Assembly (NCBI GenBank): GCA_965644315.1
Contig: CBFFRQ010000039.1
Span: 124,001 to 188,000 of the forward strand
Direction: 5' to 3'
DNA length: 64,000 bases
Source: Caecitellus pseudoparvulus
Lineage: Eukaryota > Protista > Bigyra: Bicosoecida
The notes under the pieces are model-generated. The model was given only the letters and a program-made list of their open reading frames with translations, did no database searches and had not been told where the DNA came from. Position 1 is the first letter of the stretch. Every line of letters begins with the position of its first letter. A program made the translations under genes and the position numbers. Below, one piece after another: positions 44,855 to 55,575 of this stretch.

Positions 44855-47800
44855 CTACTGCATCTCTTGCAGTGCCAGGGACACCTCACGCCGCACGGCG
44901 TCCGCCTCGGCCAGCTCTCGGCGCAGAGAGCGGGTCACCTGCTCCAGCTCCACCACCGTCATATCGTCCTCCCTGGCGAGGGCTGCAGCTTCTTGTCCGC
45001 GCCAGGTATGAGCCCAGCTCGGTCGGTGCTCCTTACGCGTCGCGTGGGGTGCTCCTTCAAGCCCCACACCCTCCACCTCATCGGGCGGCAGCTCAAGAGG
45101 AGGCGCGCCCTCGGAAGCCTCACTGTCACTGCGTGGAGTGAAAGGCTCCACAGCATCTCCAGCTTGCGTGCCGGATGTTTCGCCGCCCAGCTCTGCGCCA
45201 TGGGCCAACACATCGGCTTTTCCCTCTGGCACGCCTTCTCCGGCTAGTGCCTCAGGCAGTGAGCCAGCCTCAGGCTCCCTGCCACGCCGACGCATTCTGC
45301 TGCGTTTCTGCTGCGCCACCCAGAAGTGGTCTTTGACCTTTGCTTGGAAGTTCGGCGGAGCCCGGCGGAGGCCCGGCAGTGCTTCTTCTGCCCGGACCCC
45401 GTCGTGGTAGTACGGCGAGTCATGAGGCAGCCCGCCATGGTTGGCGGCGGCTCGCAGTCGCAGGCGGTCGTGCCGCAACACCCGAGGTGACATGTCACCC
45501 ACCTGTCCAACCCGGCCGCCTCCTGAGTACCCAGGGTACAAAGAAAGGGGCAGCGTGGACGGGTCTCGCTGGTCCGAGGCCGGTGCCGCCTCAGCCTCAG
45601 CTTGCACCTCTGGAGCTGTGCTCTCGCCAGCGCTGACTGCTGCCGCCGATTGTGCCCAGGCAACTCGTGACATGCGGCGCCGGTGCTGGGGTTTGGCGGG
45701 CGACGCCGCGCGAGGTGGCGCGTCAGTGCCTGTCCCCTGCTGTGACTCCGACTGCGCTCGCTGGCGCACGATGTCGTCCAAATCGCCAGCCTCTGCAGTG
45801 GCGTTGAGGCGGGCGATGTGGGCGTCGAAGGCGGCACCTCGGCGTGCCTTGTCGCTCCGACCGCCTCTTCCCGTGCGACTGGTGCCAGACGTGCGCAGAG
45901 TGAAGGCAGAGGAGGCACGCCCAGACGTGCGACCTGTACGGCGCGACCTCGCATCGCTAGTATCCCTTCGAACCGTGGAGGCACGGCCCGTGCTGTGTGA
46001 CCGCATCGTGCGACCTGACACACTGTGGGCATCCGATTTGCGGCCCGATCGCACGTCGGCTGAGACTTGGGCCGCGCGCCCACCCCTACCAGCTGCACCA
46101 GCAGTGATGTCTTCGACGCTGGGCTCGGCAGCACCAAATACAGCATTGGCCGACCGCGAAAGGAAACTCTTGCGCCCCCGTTGCTTGACTGCGCGAGCTT
46201 CGGCGGCCTGTTCCCGTGCAGATTGCCGCTCGCGCATGGCAACCTGAAACTCCAGCTCATCCAGCGCGTCAGCTTGAGCAGTGCTGCTCCGGTGTGACCC
46301 CTTCCTTCCGTGTCGGGTTGAGCTGCGTGTACTGGTCGCACCAATTGACATGCCTCGTGCTGAGAGGAACTCGCCAGCGGCATTGCGCTGATTCCGCACC
46401 GCAGACGCGGCGGTAGGCGCCATATACCCACCCACCACACGAGAGCGACCCCATTGAATGGTGCTTGGGCTGCCACCTCCCACAGAAGCAGCATCGACTT
46501 CGTGGACACCGCCGTCTTGCGTGCGGATTTTGATGCTTTGGCGTCGCCTGTGCCGTGGTCCACTGCTGACGCTGGCAGCGCTGCTGGCAGTTTGCTGTGC
46601 CTGGGCACCTGAAAACACGGACACACGCCGCCCAGATACACTGCGCAGTGCAGGCGAGGCTGCGCCTGCGTGGGGCGAGTTTGCGTCGTGCCCAGACTCT
46701 GCTGCCACCACTGAGCTGTTGGACGAGGTGAGGAGCATTGCAGCGATGGACTGGCGGCGAGAGGACGTGGGGGGCGCTCCTGGAGTCGGCTCCGGACTCA
46801 TACCCCCCGGACTGGCTGGCGTCGGGCTTGCCAGTGCCTGCGCCGACTTCCGAAGCACCGCCATGGAGGCACGGCGGACGGCAGCTGAACCCCGCAGGCG
46901 AATTTGCGGCGTGGGCAACGTGCTGGTGACGACCGAGGCAGGGTCGTGCTGACCGGCTGCCCCTGCATCTGTGATGTGCACATGGTCGTCAGCCCCCTCC
47001 GCGAGCGACACATGCCCTGTGTCGTACAGCCCCCCCGTGCCGCCGCCAATGCGACGAGCAGCTGCAGCCTCGGCGGCGCCATGGCTTCTGGTCCCAGCAT
47101 GGGGCGTGGAGGATGCAGGCTGTACCCCCCCTTGCACTCCTCGCATGGTGCGGCCGAGCGCCTCAGGGTCCTCCACGTCAGGTAGTGGGATGGGCACTGT
47201 CAAGCCATGGCCAGCGGCGATGCGGCGCCAAGCGAGGTACCCAGGGGAAGGCTCAAACGTGGCACCTCCAGGCCCATGCTGCACTAGGTGGCGCCCAACA
47301 GAGGCTGCCCGACGGGCATCGGCCCGCTGCTGTGACTCGCGCAGCTGGGACGCTGCTGACGTGCTGCCACCTGCTGCTCGACGCAGACTCCGAGGCAGCG
47401 ACCTAGATCGCCCGCTGACGCTGGAGCCTGCCGTTCGCAGCAGTGCAGCAGGGTCTTTGATCAGCGCGGCCGAGTGCCTGGCCTGCGCCGCTGCGCGTTG
47501 AACGGTGGCAGCAAGCGTTTCCGAAGGGGCATTGTCATCCAAACCCCTGTCACGGGACACAATGATCAGGCCAGAGTGCACACCAGGTCGTGTTGTCTTG
47601 AACACGTCATCTTTGGTGGAGTGCATGACAAGTACATCCTCTGCTGACGGTGTCGGAAGGGGAGTAGCGATGTCATGAGGGGCGGTGGCGGCAAGTTCAG
47701 CAGCACGGGCAGACAGCTCTCCATCTGGGCCCTCGGCCTTGGAGTCATACAGATGAAACGTGCCTGCCATATCGGCATGGGTGAACATTTTCCGCTTCTT

Positions 47801-50800
47801 GTCTGCGTGAGCACTGTACGTGCCACGCCGACTGCGCAGGCGACTGGCCGAGTGTGCGCTCAACCCTGTGGACTTGGAAGCAGCATACAGCGCTTCTAAC
47901 GAGACGTCCGCGTCAGATTCCTTCAGCGATCGACTGAGCGCTGCTGCGCGTGAATAATCCTCAGCAACGCGCGCTGCATCTGTTGCCGTCGTTGCACAAC
48001 GGTCTGGGAGGGCTTCCTGCACCTTCTGTCCAGTCAGAGGCTGCAACGCACCAGCGGTTTGCAGTTCCTCTTGCAGCGTGTCAACTTTGCCCAGCAGTTG
48101 AGGTGTCAGCGAAAGCGAGGAAGGGTCCGCACTGGCCCCGCCTTTGTATAACACAGCGGCGCCAGCGAGTGGCGCTGTGGACACATGGGCTAGTGCAGAC
48201 ACCAGGCGTGCCCGCTGCCGCCAAGCGTCAAGGAGTCGAAGGTTAAACACATGTCCCGCGGAAGCGACACGCCCCAGCCACGCCACGCGAGCGTGGAGAG
48301 GCAGTCCCACCATGTCCTGCATGGCCCACACTCGGTCCATGAGGTCCTGTACCTTCAGTAACGCCTCATCTGTAACCTGCGGGGCAGACGCCAGCAGCAC
48401 TGGAACAGGGTGTGTGTACAGCGCCTCGCCAGCTCCACGGTACGCATTTCGCCCTGAGGCAGCGAGAATGTACCGGTTTGTCCCAGAGGCACCTGTGCTG
48501 CCGGCACGCTTTGCAAGGTACGTCTGGTGAGCAGCTGGCGTGTTTGCCCCGCCACAACTGGCGCTGTCGCTTGTTGCGTCCAGCGTAGTCTCCTGGCTCG
48601 CAAGTGACGGCAGCAGGCTCTCCCAGTGCACTCGGTGGCCCCCTTTCCAGGCTGTAATAGCCGTGCGAAGGGCGCCACATTGATCTCGCCGCAGATCCCG
48701 CATGGTACGCACTCGCAGCACTTGCGCCTTCAGTGCGGCAAGCGCAGCCGCCGCCGCTTTCTCCGCATCCTTGGACACGCGCCCTAGCCATGCAGATACC
48801 TCCTCATCCTGCTCACGCATCGTGTCAGTTGCCCACTTGCGAATGTCCTGCAGCATGTCCTTGTGGTCTGGCTCACCGTGAGCCTTGGCGGCCGCAGCAA
48901 CTGCCGCTTTGTGGCGGTCCAGTACAGACTGAACACCTGCGTCGATCGCCTGCTGCACTGCATGCGGGCTGCTCAGAATGCGGTGCAGGCGCTGCACCCG
49001 CTCCCGTGCTTGAACGACCTCCTGCGGCAGAGCTGCCTCCCATGCAGCCTCTCGCTGCGTTTTGCGCTGCTGTGCATCCCGAAGTTGTCCCTTAACGGAG
49101 GCGATGCGTCGCTTCAGAGCATCAAAGTCTGATTGCTGCTCGGTGACAGCGCGCTTGAGCGACTCGTTGCGGGCCTGCGCGGACATCGTCGTGCGCCGCA
49201 CAGTGGAAGTCGCCCTTCCCCTCACACTGCCCGGCTCACTCGCAGCTGCAGTGCTGTAGCCGCGGGTGCGCTGGGACGCGACACTGCCGCCCTCCAAGAC
49301 GCTGTCAACATCCACTTCCTCGCTGACAACGGCGGTGCCGTCATGCACCATGAAAGTTGGCACGGCATGAAGCAGCTCCAGCTGTTCGAGGACTTCTGCG
49401 GTGCACTGTGCAACAACATCGAGGTACACTGTGGCAGGGTTTGTCTTTGCTAGCTCCGCTCGTTGAACGGCATCTGCTGCTGCCGACGCGCTATGTTTCG
49501 CAGTGGCTGCAGCTTGCTCTGCCCGCCGAATGCGGCTGGCCCTGCCAGACGCTTCCGTGTCATGCCCACCTGACATGGTGGTTGTACTATCACTGTCAGA
49601 GCTTTGATGGCCTTTGTCGACTGCCTGCTGGGCGTCAGCTGCGACGGCCGCGTCGAGCTGTGCGCGAGCCGTGGCTTCTTGCTCAGCTCGGAGAAGCGCC
49701 AAGGAGAACGATGCAGGGTCCAGAGCCAGCACTTCTTGTGCCATGGGGTGCACGACAATACCCATTCGACGAGCAAGGCCCATGACCCGTTTGAGTTGTG
49801 CCCTGGCCAGAGAAACTTCCTTTTCGTGGCGCCGAACCCCCGCACGCTGGCTTGTCTTGCGCAGCACGCCCAAACGCCGCTTCTTTTCGGCAACTGCCTG
49901 TGCGAGTTTGCGCTCCTCTGACAGGCGCATGGCGCGCAGCTTGCTCTTTGACGTTTCAGCCAGGACAGAGGACAAACGAATGGGCCCTGGGGTCTCAAGC
50001 TTCGCAGCAGGAGGTGGCTGCCCTAAGAGCTCCCGCTCTGAAGGCTGCTCCGGGGCTTGGGCAGCAGTACGCCCCATCAGCATGGACAGACGACGACTTG
50101 TGGGAGTGGGACGGCTGACGCCACTGGCCGGTAACGCTGAAAAGCGTTTGGGCTTCTCGGCGAGTGTCAGGGGTGGCGCCTGTGGGGGTGTAGGTGGACT
50201 GGGGGGCGGCAGCACATACTTGCTGGTGGCCGCACCAGCCAGCGTGTCGCCCAAAGCCCCCTTCACCTCGTTCAACTGCAGCATTCTCCCCACAGATGGG
50301 CTCTTGATGACCACAGCCTTCTCTGAGTGGGGCGTGTGCGTCACAGTCGCCTGCTTGCGGGCTGGCTGCTCAATGCGGTAGAGGAACTCCAGCAGCTGCT
50401 TGCGCCTCAGTTCCTCGGGCGTCAGCTTTGGGCGGCCAAATATCGACTCCTTCAGACCTGCCTCAGGCGCGGGGGGTTTGTACGTGGCAGTGATGTGCTG
50501 CACCTTTGCATCAAAAGCGGCCGCTGCCGCAGACTGTCCTTGCGCTCCACCGTCACGCAGCCGAGCGGGGACTTCGCCGGGTTGCACAGCCTTCCAGCCA
50601 CCTCCAGGCGTCTCTCCACCCACCCAGTAGATCCCTGTGGGATCCACACCACCTCGCAAGGAAGCTGTCGTGCCAGGTGATGTGGCCCAGGCCTGCAGCA
50701 GGCGTGCTGAGGGGCTGCCGGGGGTTGCACTGCCTTTGTCGACTTTGGCAGCATGTGGGTCGATTTTGCCAGTGGGTGACGGACGCCCACTAGTCATTCG

Positions 50801-53800
50801 TCCACTTGCACTCATGGATCGAGTATGGCTGGCTCGTGGGAGTTCTCGCCCACGTGATGGCGTCTCAACTACAGGAGCTATTGGCGAGCCACCCAAGTCG
50901 AGCGACCGGTCGCTTTTGTGAGTCACGCCAAAGTCCTTCAACAACGGTGGGCGAGGCCGCTCGTCGAGAACATCCTCCTGGGAGCCCTGCTCGCGAATGC
51001 GCTGCAAGGCGGCGAAAGGCGACACCTCTCCAGGCCGGCTCTGCAGAGGTGGGGAGGATGGAGTTGCAGCCCTTGCTGCATCAGCCAGTGCAGCCAAGGC
51101 GTTCACTCTTGCCTTGTGGTGAGCCTGAGACACCTCAAATCGAGGCGAACCAGGTGCCACAACACCCCCCTTCACCGGACTGGAGCGGTGTGGCGAGCCT
51201 GGAGCGCTGACGGGGGAAGCTCCCTTGGCAAGGTGCTGCAGCCAGTCCTGCGTCGACATGGACACTGGTGTGCTTGCGTCCTGCCCGTGCTCGGCATGCT
51301 CCGTCTTTGTGGAAGGCTTCAACAAGGGTGGATCTACGTCACCGCCCGATGGGACACTGCTCAACGAATTGGCCTGCTCATCCCGCAACTGTGGTGCCGG
51401 TGTTGTCTGTGGTAGCTGTCTGTCTGATGACCCTTGTGGGAAGAATGCGTCTTCTCCAGGAGCCGCAGCACGGTGTGGGCTGGGAAGAGCTGCGTTGCCT
51501 GGAGGTGGCTTCGGTGGTGTCTTCGGCGGACCAGGAGGTGTCTTCTTCGCCTTTGCTGCTGGGGCAGGGGGCTGCGGTGCTACCGGCCTGGCTGCTGCAT
51601 CGGTTCTAGCGGCTTCGGTCTGGCCGTCAGTGTTCAGAGAAGGTGTTGACGGCGGCCCAGCAGCTGCCTCCACAGAGACCTGCTCTTGTGAGGCTTGATC
51701 CCGTGAGGCAGCTTGTGGGGTGCCGTCAACCTCTTGTGTACTGCTCGGTCCAGGGCGCTGCGCTTGCCCGTCTTTTTCTGGCCCTTCGCCAAAACCGACA
51801 AAAGGAGCCAGCACGGCTTCGCCAGACACAAAAGACCCCCCTGCCTTCCTGGAAGAGGAAGAAGACGACTTGGGCGAACGCAAAGGTGCGGTTGCTGCGG
51901 AGCTAGTACCCGAGAGACGCTTCACCGCAGTTGTGGTGATGCCTTGGACATCGGCCACCTTCCCAGCGGAATCTGGTGAGGTGGAGGACGCGCCAACACT
52001 TCTAGAGGATGGAACCTTCTTCAATGGTGTGGGAGTCATGGGCCGAAGGCTGCCCCTCCTTATGGCCTTGGCCTTCAGGCTTGCCGGGGGCGGGCCAAGT
52101 GGCAAGGGCAGAGCGTCACCGGATGGAGAGCCAGGGTTCGTTGGTGCGGAGTGCTTCTTTGGCGTAAATGGCGGAGCAACATCAGCTGGCACATTGGACG
52201 TCGTTGTCTTCGAAGCTGCGCCTGAGGTAGTCTGTTTTGGGGGGCTTTTCTCAGACTCCGACACCGTGGCCACAATAGGCGCAAGAGCAGTGCCGTCCAG
52301 CGTCATCACACGACCAGCCCGACGAAGGTTTCCTTTCGCCTGCAAAAAGGCTGGGGGAGGCGCAGGACTGGAGCTTGAAGGACCCTCCTTGGATGCGACG
52401 GTGCGTTTTAAGGCTGGCTGCTTCACACCTGGCCCAGGAGCAGGCTTCTTGGGCCTGCCTTTCTTGATGCCTGTCGCACTCCCGGGGCTGGACCCAGTAG
52501 TTGCACCAACCTTCCTTCCCATCACGGGCCCTAGTTCTGCCTTTGGGTGGGATTTAGATGCTTCAGGCGCATGTTGGTCTGGGGGAACAGAAGTCTTGGG
52601 CTCCTTGACCTTGGAAGTAGGAGAAGTACCCTTTGCTGCAGGCAACTTTGGCTTGGCACTTGTTGATTGCTTCGCTGGCTTTCCACGTGTCGCAGCGCCA
52701 CCAGTACGCATCGGCCCAGGCTTTGGCCCAGGCTTTGGCCCAGGCTTTGGCTTGGACGGCAACTTTGGCTTCGGCGCCCCTTTCCCTGGTGTCGTGGCAG
52801 GCAGGCGGTCGGCTGCGGACCGCTCCTTGACGGCCACCTGCCGAGTCTTGCCACGCGAAGGAGGGGGTGGCTTGGAGCCTGCCTTGATCCCAGTCGTCCC
52901 CTTGCCAGGCTTCCGTGTCGCTGAAGACGGGCTCTCGGATCGCTTACTGTGGGGCGTCACGGAGTCGACACTTGGTTTGGGACTTGGGCGATCTTGATCA
53001 AGAAGACCCCCGCTGGATGTTCCCCGTGGAAGCGGGGACTTGCGGAGCGATGATGATGACTTCCCAGCCTTATCTTTCAATCCAGGAGGAGGGGTGGACG
53101 GAGACCGATCCCTAGGAGGGCTCTTAGCAGTGGCAGAATTCACCGGACCAGCAGAGCTAGGTTTCACACCCGGCTTGCCACTAGGTGACGGCCTGCCACC
53201 ACGTGACGGCTTCGCCCCGCCTGGCACACCCAGCTTACCACCAGGTGACGGCTTCGCCCCGCCTGGCACACCCGGCTTGCCACCAGGTGACGGCTTGCCA
53301 CCACGTGACGGCTTCGCCCCGCCTGGCACACCCAGCTTACCACCAGGTGACGGCTTCGCCCCGCCTGGCACACCCGGCTTGCCACCAGGTGACGGCTTGC
53401 CACCAGGTGACGGCTTCGCCCCGCCTGGCACACCCAGCTTGCCACCAGGTGACTGCTTGCCACCAGGTGACGGCTTCGCCCCGCCTGGCACACCCAGCTT
53501 ACCACCTGGTGAGGGCTTCGCCCCGCCTGGAACACCCAGCTTACCACCTGGTGACGGCTTCGCCCCGCCTGGCACACCCGGCTTGCCACCAGGTGACGGC
53601 TTCGCCCCGCCTGGCACACCAGGCTTGCCACCAGGTGACGGCTTGCCACCAGGTGACGGTTTCGCCCCGCCTGGCACGCCCGGCTTGCCACCAGGTGACG
53701 GCTTCGCACCGCCTGGCACGCCCGGCTTGACACCTGGCGACACTTTGGGCGGCGGGGTCGCACCACCAGGCGGCTTGGCCGGCTTCACTGGCTTCGCCAC

Positions 53801-55234
53801 CGACCCACCAGGTGGCGACGCCTTGGGCGGCGGGGTCGCACCACCAGGCGGCTTGGCCGGCTTCACTGGCTTCGCCACCGACCCTCCAGGTGGCGACGCC
53901 TTGGGCGGCGGGGTCGCACCACCAGGCGGCTTGGCCGGCTTCACTGGCTTCGCCACCGACCCTCCAGGTGGCGACGCCTTGGGCGGCGGGGTCGCACCAC
54001 CAGGCGGCTTGGCCGGCTTCACTGGCTTCGCCACACTCCCACCAGGCGGCGACGCCTTGGGCGTCGGGGTCGCACCACCAGACGGCGACCCTTTGGGCGG
54101 CGGGGTCGCACCACCAGGCGGCTTGGCCGGCTTCACTGGCTTCGCCACACTCCCACCAGGCGGCGACGCCTTGGGCGGTGGGGTCGCACCACCAGGCGGC
54201 TTGGCCAGCTTCACTGGCTTCGCCACACTCCCACCAGGCGGCGACGCCTTGGGCGGCGGGGTCGCACCACCAGGCGGCTTGGCCGGCTTCACTGGCTTCG
54301 CCACACTCCCACCAGGCGGCGACGCTTTGGGCGGCGGGGTCGCACCACCAGGCGGCTTGGCCGGCTTCACTGGCTTCGCCACACTCCCGCCAGGCGGCGA
54401 TGTCTTGGGCGGCGGGGTCGCACCACCAGGCGGCTTGGCCGGCTTCACTGGCTTCGCCACACTCCCACCAGGCGGCTTGGCCGGTTTCACTGGCTTCGCC
54501 ACACTCCCGCCAGGCGGCGACGCTTTGGGCGGCGGGGTCGCACCACCAGGCGGCTTGGCCGGCTTCACTGGCTTCGCCACACTCCCGCCAGGCGGCGACG
54601 CCTTGGGCGGTGGGGTCGCACCACCAGGCGGCTTGGCCGGCTTCACTGGCTTCGCCACACTCCCGCCAGGCGGCTTGGCCGGCTTCACTGGCTTCGCCAC
54701 ACTCTCACCAGGCGGCTTGGCCGGCTTCACTGGCTGGGATGGTTTGTTTCCATCTTGTGTTGGCTTTTCTGCTCGTGATGGTGAGAGAGGCTTGCTGTGA
54801 CCATCGTCCGGCTCCTCAGACGGCGGCTTGACGCTGGCTAGGTTGACGGGGCTCTTGCTGCCTTCTTTGGGTGGCTTCCCTCCCGGAGCAGCGACAACTT
54901 TCAAGCTGCCATCCTTGGATCTCAACATGCTGCTGCGGCTGGAAGGTGTTGGTTTTCCTGCTGGGTTTGGGGCGCCGTGAGCGCCGGGGGGCGGCCTGGC
55001 AGGGGGGCGCGCCCCAGCTGGCGCTGGAGCCGGTCGAGGAGGTGGCCTCGCTGCCTGAAGAGCAGGCCTCGGACCAGGAGGGCGAGCAGGCCTACTTATT
55101 GTCGCTAGCGGGCGTGGTGGTCGGGCAGGAACCGGGCGTGGCCCTGTGATAGCCACCGCAGGTTGTGTGCCAGGCGAAAGCCAGAGCTCAACGCTTGCAG
55201 CAGGCTCACCAGGTCTGGGAGCGGCCATGGGCAC
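44855..55234 (-). CDS. Giant (3459 aa) intrinsically disordered P/K/S-rich protein with N-terminal tandem repeats and central and C-terminal coiled coils
   Basis: Single uninterrupted 10.4-kb ORF with in-frame repeat arrays. Coiled-coil segments include EQQSDFDALKRRIASVKGQLRDAQQRK and the C-terminal ELEQVTRSLRRELAEADAVRREV. No family recognised. Confidence 0.8.
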   Translation of the reverse strand: MPMAAPRPGEPAASVELWLSPGTQPAVAITGPRPVPARPPRPLATISRPARPPGPRPALQAARPPPRPAPAPAGARPPARPPPGAHGAPNPAGKPTPSSRSSMLRSKDGSLKVVAAPGGKPPKEGSKSPVNLASVKPPSEEPDDGHSKPLSPSRAEKPTQDGNKPSQPVKPAKPPGESVAKPVKPAKPPGGSVAKPVKPAKPPGGATPPPKASPPGGSVAKPVKPAKPPGGATPPPKASPPGGSVAKPVKPAKPPGGSVAKPVKPAKPPGGATPPPKTSPPGGSVAKPVKPAKPPGGATPPPKASPPGGSVAKPVKPAKPPGGATPPPKASPPGGSVAKPVKLAKPPGGATPPPKASPPGGSVAKPVKPAKPPGGATPPPKGSPSGGATPTPKASPPGGSVAKPVKPAKPPGGATPPPKASPPGGSVAKPVKPAKPPGGATPPPKASPPGGSVAKPVKPAKPPGGATPPPKASPPGGSVAKPVKPAKPPGGATPPPKVSPGVKPGVPGGAKPSPGGKPGVPGGAKPSPGGKPSPGGKPGVPGGAKPSPGGKPGVPGGAKPSPGGKLGVPGGAKPSPGGKLGVPGGAKPSPGGKQSPGGKLGVPGGAKPSPGGKPSPGGKPGVPGGAKPSPGGKLGVPGGAKPSRGGKPSPGGKPGVPGGAKPSPGGKLGVPGGAKPSRGGRPSPSGKPGVKPSSAGPVNSATAKSPPRDRSPSTPPPGLKDKAGKSSSSLRKSPLPRGTSSGGLLDQDRPSPKPSVDSVTPHSKRSESPSSATRKPGKGTTGIKAGSKPPPPSRGKTRQVAVKERSAADRLPATTPGKGAPKPKLPSKPKPGPKPGPKPGPMRTGGAATRGKPAKQSTSAKPKLPAAKGTSPTSKVKEPKTSVPPDQHAPEASKSHPKAELGPVMGRKVGATTGSSPGSATGIKKGRPKKPAPGPGVKQPALKRTVASKEGPSSSSPAPPPAFLQAKGNLRRAGRVMTLDGTALAPIVATVSESEKSPPKQTTSGAASKTTTSNVPADVAPPFTPKKHSAPTNPGSPSGDALPLPLGPPPASLKAKAIRRGSLRPMTPTPLKKVPSSRSVGASSTSPDSAGKVADVQGITTTAVKRLSGTSSAATAPLRSPKSSSSSSRKAGGSFVSGEAVLAPFVGFGEGPEKDGQAQRPGPSSTQEVDGTPQAASRDQASQEQVSVEAAAGPPSTPSLNTDGQTEAARTDAAARPVAPQPPAPAAKAKKTPPGPPKTPPKPPPGNAALPSPHRAAAPGEDAFFPQGSSDRQLPQTTPAPQLRDEQANSLSSVPSGGDVDPPLLKPSTKTEHAEHGQDASTPVSMSTQDWLQHLAKGASPVSAPGSPHRSSPVKGGVVAPGSPRFEVSQAHHKARVNALAALADAARAATPSSPPLQSRPGEVSPFAALQRIREQGSQEDVLDERPRPPLLKDFGVTHKSDRSLDLGGSPIAPVVETPSRGRELPRASHTRSMSASGRMTSGRPSPTGKIDPHAAKVDKGSATPGSPSARLLQAWATSPGTTASLRGGVDPTGIYWVGGETPGGGWKAVQPGEVPARLRDGGAQGQSAAAAAFDAKVQHITATYKPPAPEAGLKESIFGRPKLTPEELRRKQLLEFLYRIEQPARKQATVTHTPHSEKAVVIKSPSVGRMLQLNEVKGALGDTLAGAATSKYVLPPPSPPTPPQAPPLTLAEKPKRFSALPASGVSRPTPTSRRLSMLMGRTAAQAPEQPSERELLGQPPPAAKLETPGPIRLSSVLAETSKSKLRAMRLSEERKLAQAVAEKKRRLGVLRKTSQRAGVRRHEKEVSLARAQLKRVMGLARRMGIVVHPMAQEVLALDPASFSLALLRAEQEATARAQLDAAVAADAQQAVDKGHQSSDSDSTTTMSGGHDTEASGRASRIRRAEQAAATAKHSASAAADAVQRAELAKTNPATVYLDVVAQCTAEVLEQLELLHAVPTFMVHDGTAVVSEEVDVDSVLEGGSVASQRTRGYSTAAASEPGSVRGRATSTVRRTTMSAQARNESLKRAVTEQQSDFDALKRRIASVKGQLRDAQQRKTQREAAWEAALPQEVVQARERVQRLHRILSSPHAVQQAIDAGVQSVLDRHKAAVAAAAKAHGEPDHKDMLQDIRKWATDTMREQDEEVSAWLGRVSKDAEKAAAAALAALKAQVLRVRTMRDLRRDQCGALRTAITAWKGGHRVHWESLLPSLASQETTLDATSDSASCGGANTPAAHQTYLAKRAGSTGASGTNRYILAASGRNAYRGAGEALYTHPVPVLLASAPQVTDEALLKVQDLMDRVWAMQDMVGLPLHARVAWLGRVASAGHVFNLRLLDAWRQRARLVSALAHVSTAPLAGAAVLYKGGASADPSSLSLTPQLLGKVDTLQEELQTAGALQPLTGQKVQEALPDRCATTATDAARVAEDYSRAAALSRSLKESDADVSLEALYAASKSTGLSAHSASRLRSRRGTYSAHADKKRKMFTHADMAGTFHLYDSKAEGPDGELSARAAELAATAPHDIATPLPTPSAEDVLVMHSTKDDVFKTTRPGVHSGLIIVSRDRGLDDNAPSETLAATVQRAAAQARHSAALIKDPAALLRTAGSSVSGRSRSLPRSLRRAAGGSTSAASQLRESQQRADARRAASVGRHLVQHGPGGATFEPSPGYLAWRRIAAGHGLTVPIPLPDVEDPEALGRTMRGVQGGVQPASSTPHAGTRSHGAAEAAAARRIGGGTGGLYDTGHVSLAEGADDHVHITDAGAAGQHDPASVVTSTLPTPQIRLRGSAAVRRASMAVLRKSAQALASPTPASPGGMSPEPTPGAPPTSSRRQSIAAMLLTSSNSSVVAAESGHDANSPHAGAASPALRSVSGRRVSVFSGAQAQQTASSAASVSSGPRHRRRQSIKIRTQDGGVHEVDAASVGGGSPSTIQWGRSRVVGGYMAPTAASAVRNQRNAAGEFLSARGMSIGATSTRSSTRHGRKGSHRSSTAQADALDELEFQVAMRERQSAREQAAEARAVKQRGRKSFLSRSANAVFGAAEPSVEDITAGAAGRGGRAAQVSADVRSGRKSDAHSVSGRTMRSHSTGRASTVRRDTSDARSRRTGRTSGRASSAFTLRTSGTSRTGRGGRSDKARRGAAFDAHIARLNATAEAGDLDDIVRQRAQSESQQGTGTDAPPRAASPAKPQHRRRMSRVAWAQSAAAVSAGESTAPEVQAEAEAAPASDQRDPSTLPLSLYPGYSGGGRVGQVGDMSPRVLRHDRLRLRAAANHGGLPHDSPYYHDGVRAEEALPGLRRAPPNFQAKVKDHFWVAQQKRSRMRRRGREPEAGSLPEALAGEGVPEGKADVLAHGAELGGETSGTQAGDAVEPFTPRSDSEASEGAPPLELPPDEVEGVGLEGAPHATRKEHRPSWAHTWRGQEAAALAREDDMTVVELEQVTRSLRRELAEADAVRREVSLALQEMQ
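53160..53737 (-). repeat. Coding tandem repeat array 2: ~11 x 42-nt GGK[PL]GVPGGAKPS[PR] interspersed with ~5 x 18-nt GGKPSP
   Basis: Near-identical ccaggtgacggcttcgccccgcctggcacacc units on the + strand. Copy numbers counted from the translation. Confidence 0.95.
53738..54734 (-). repeat. Coding tandem repeat array 1: ~13 x 42-nt GGSVAKPVKPAKPP plus ~12 x 36-nt GGATPPPKASPP (78-nt higher-order unit)
   Basis: Near-identical ccaccaggcggcttggccggcttcactggcttcgccac units on the + strand. Copy numbers counted from the translation. Confidence 0.95.
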
Positions 55235-55575
55235 GAAGCAGCACTAGAAGCCGCCTTTTCCAGTACTTGCAGTAAATTAAATACACCAGCGTGGAATGAC
55301 CTCGTGAGTAGCCTTCGTTTCGTGAATAAGGGCTTGCCAGACGGCGTTGGCACCGTCGCACGCGATGCTGTGCTTGAGCCGGAGTTTGCCTCGCCTCCAG
55401 AGAAGCGGGTTCTCACAATGAAAGGCAAACATGTACCCCAATCCCTTTAAGAGCACTACGTGCTTGGGCTGGGCAATACTTGTGGCATTTGTTTGCTTGC
55501 TCGAACGGAGCGGAGCAAGGTTTTGTGGGCTGGTAAGGGCAAACATAAATTCATGCAATGGGGTGCTGTGAGCAC

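Noticed and set aside
53160-54734. Repeat arrays as a CRISPR array or non-coding satellite
   Set aside because: There are no unique spacers and no cas genes. All unit lengths are multiples of 3 and lie in frame in a long ORF.
53040-54831. Long + strand and alternate-frame ORFs over the repeats (586, 339, 200 and 181 aa)
   Set aside because: These are shadow ORFs produced by a stop-free GC-rich repeat unit. Only the minus-strand frame extends for kilobases on both sides.
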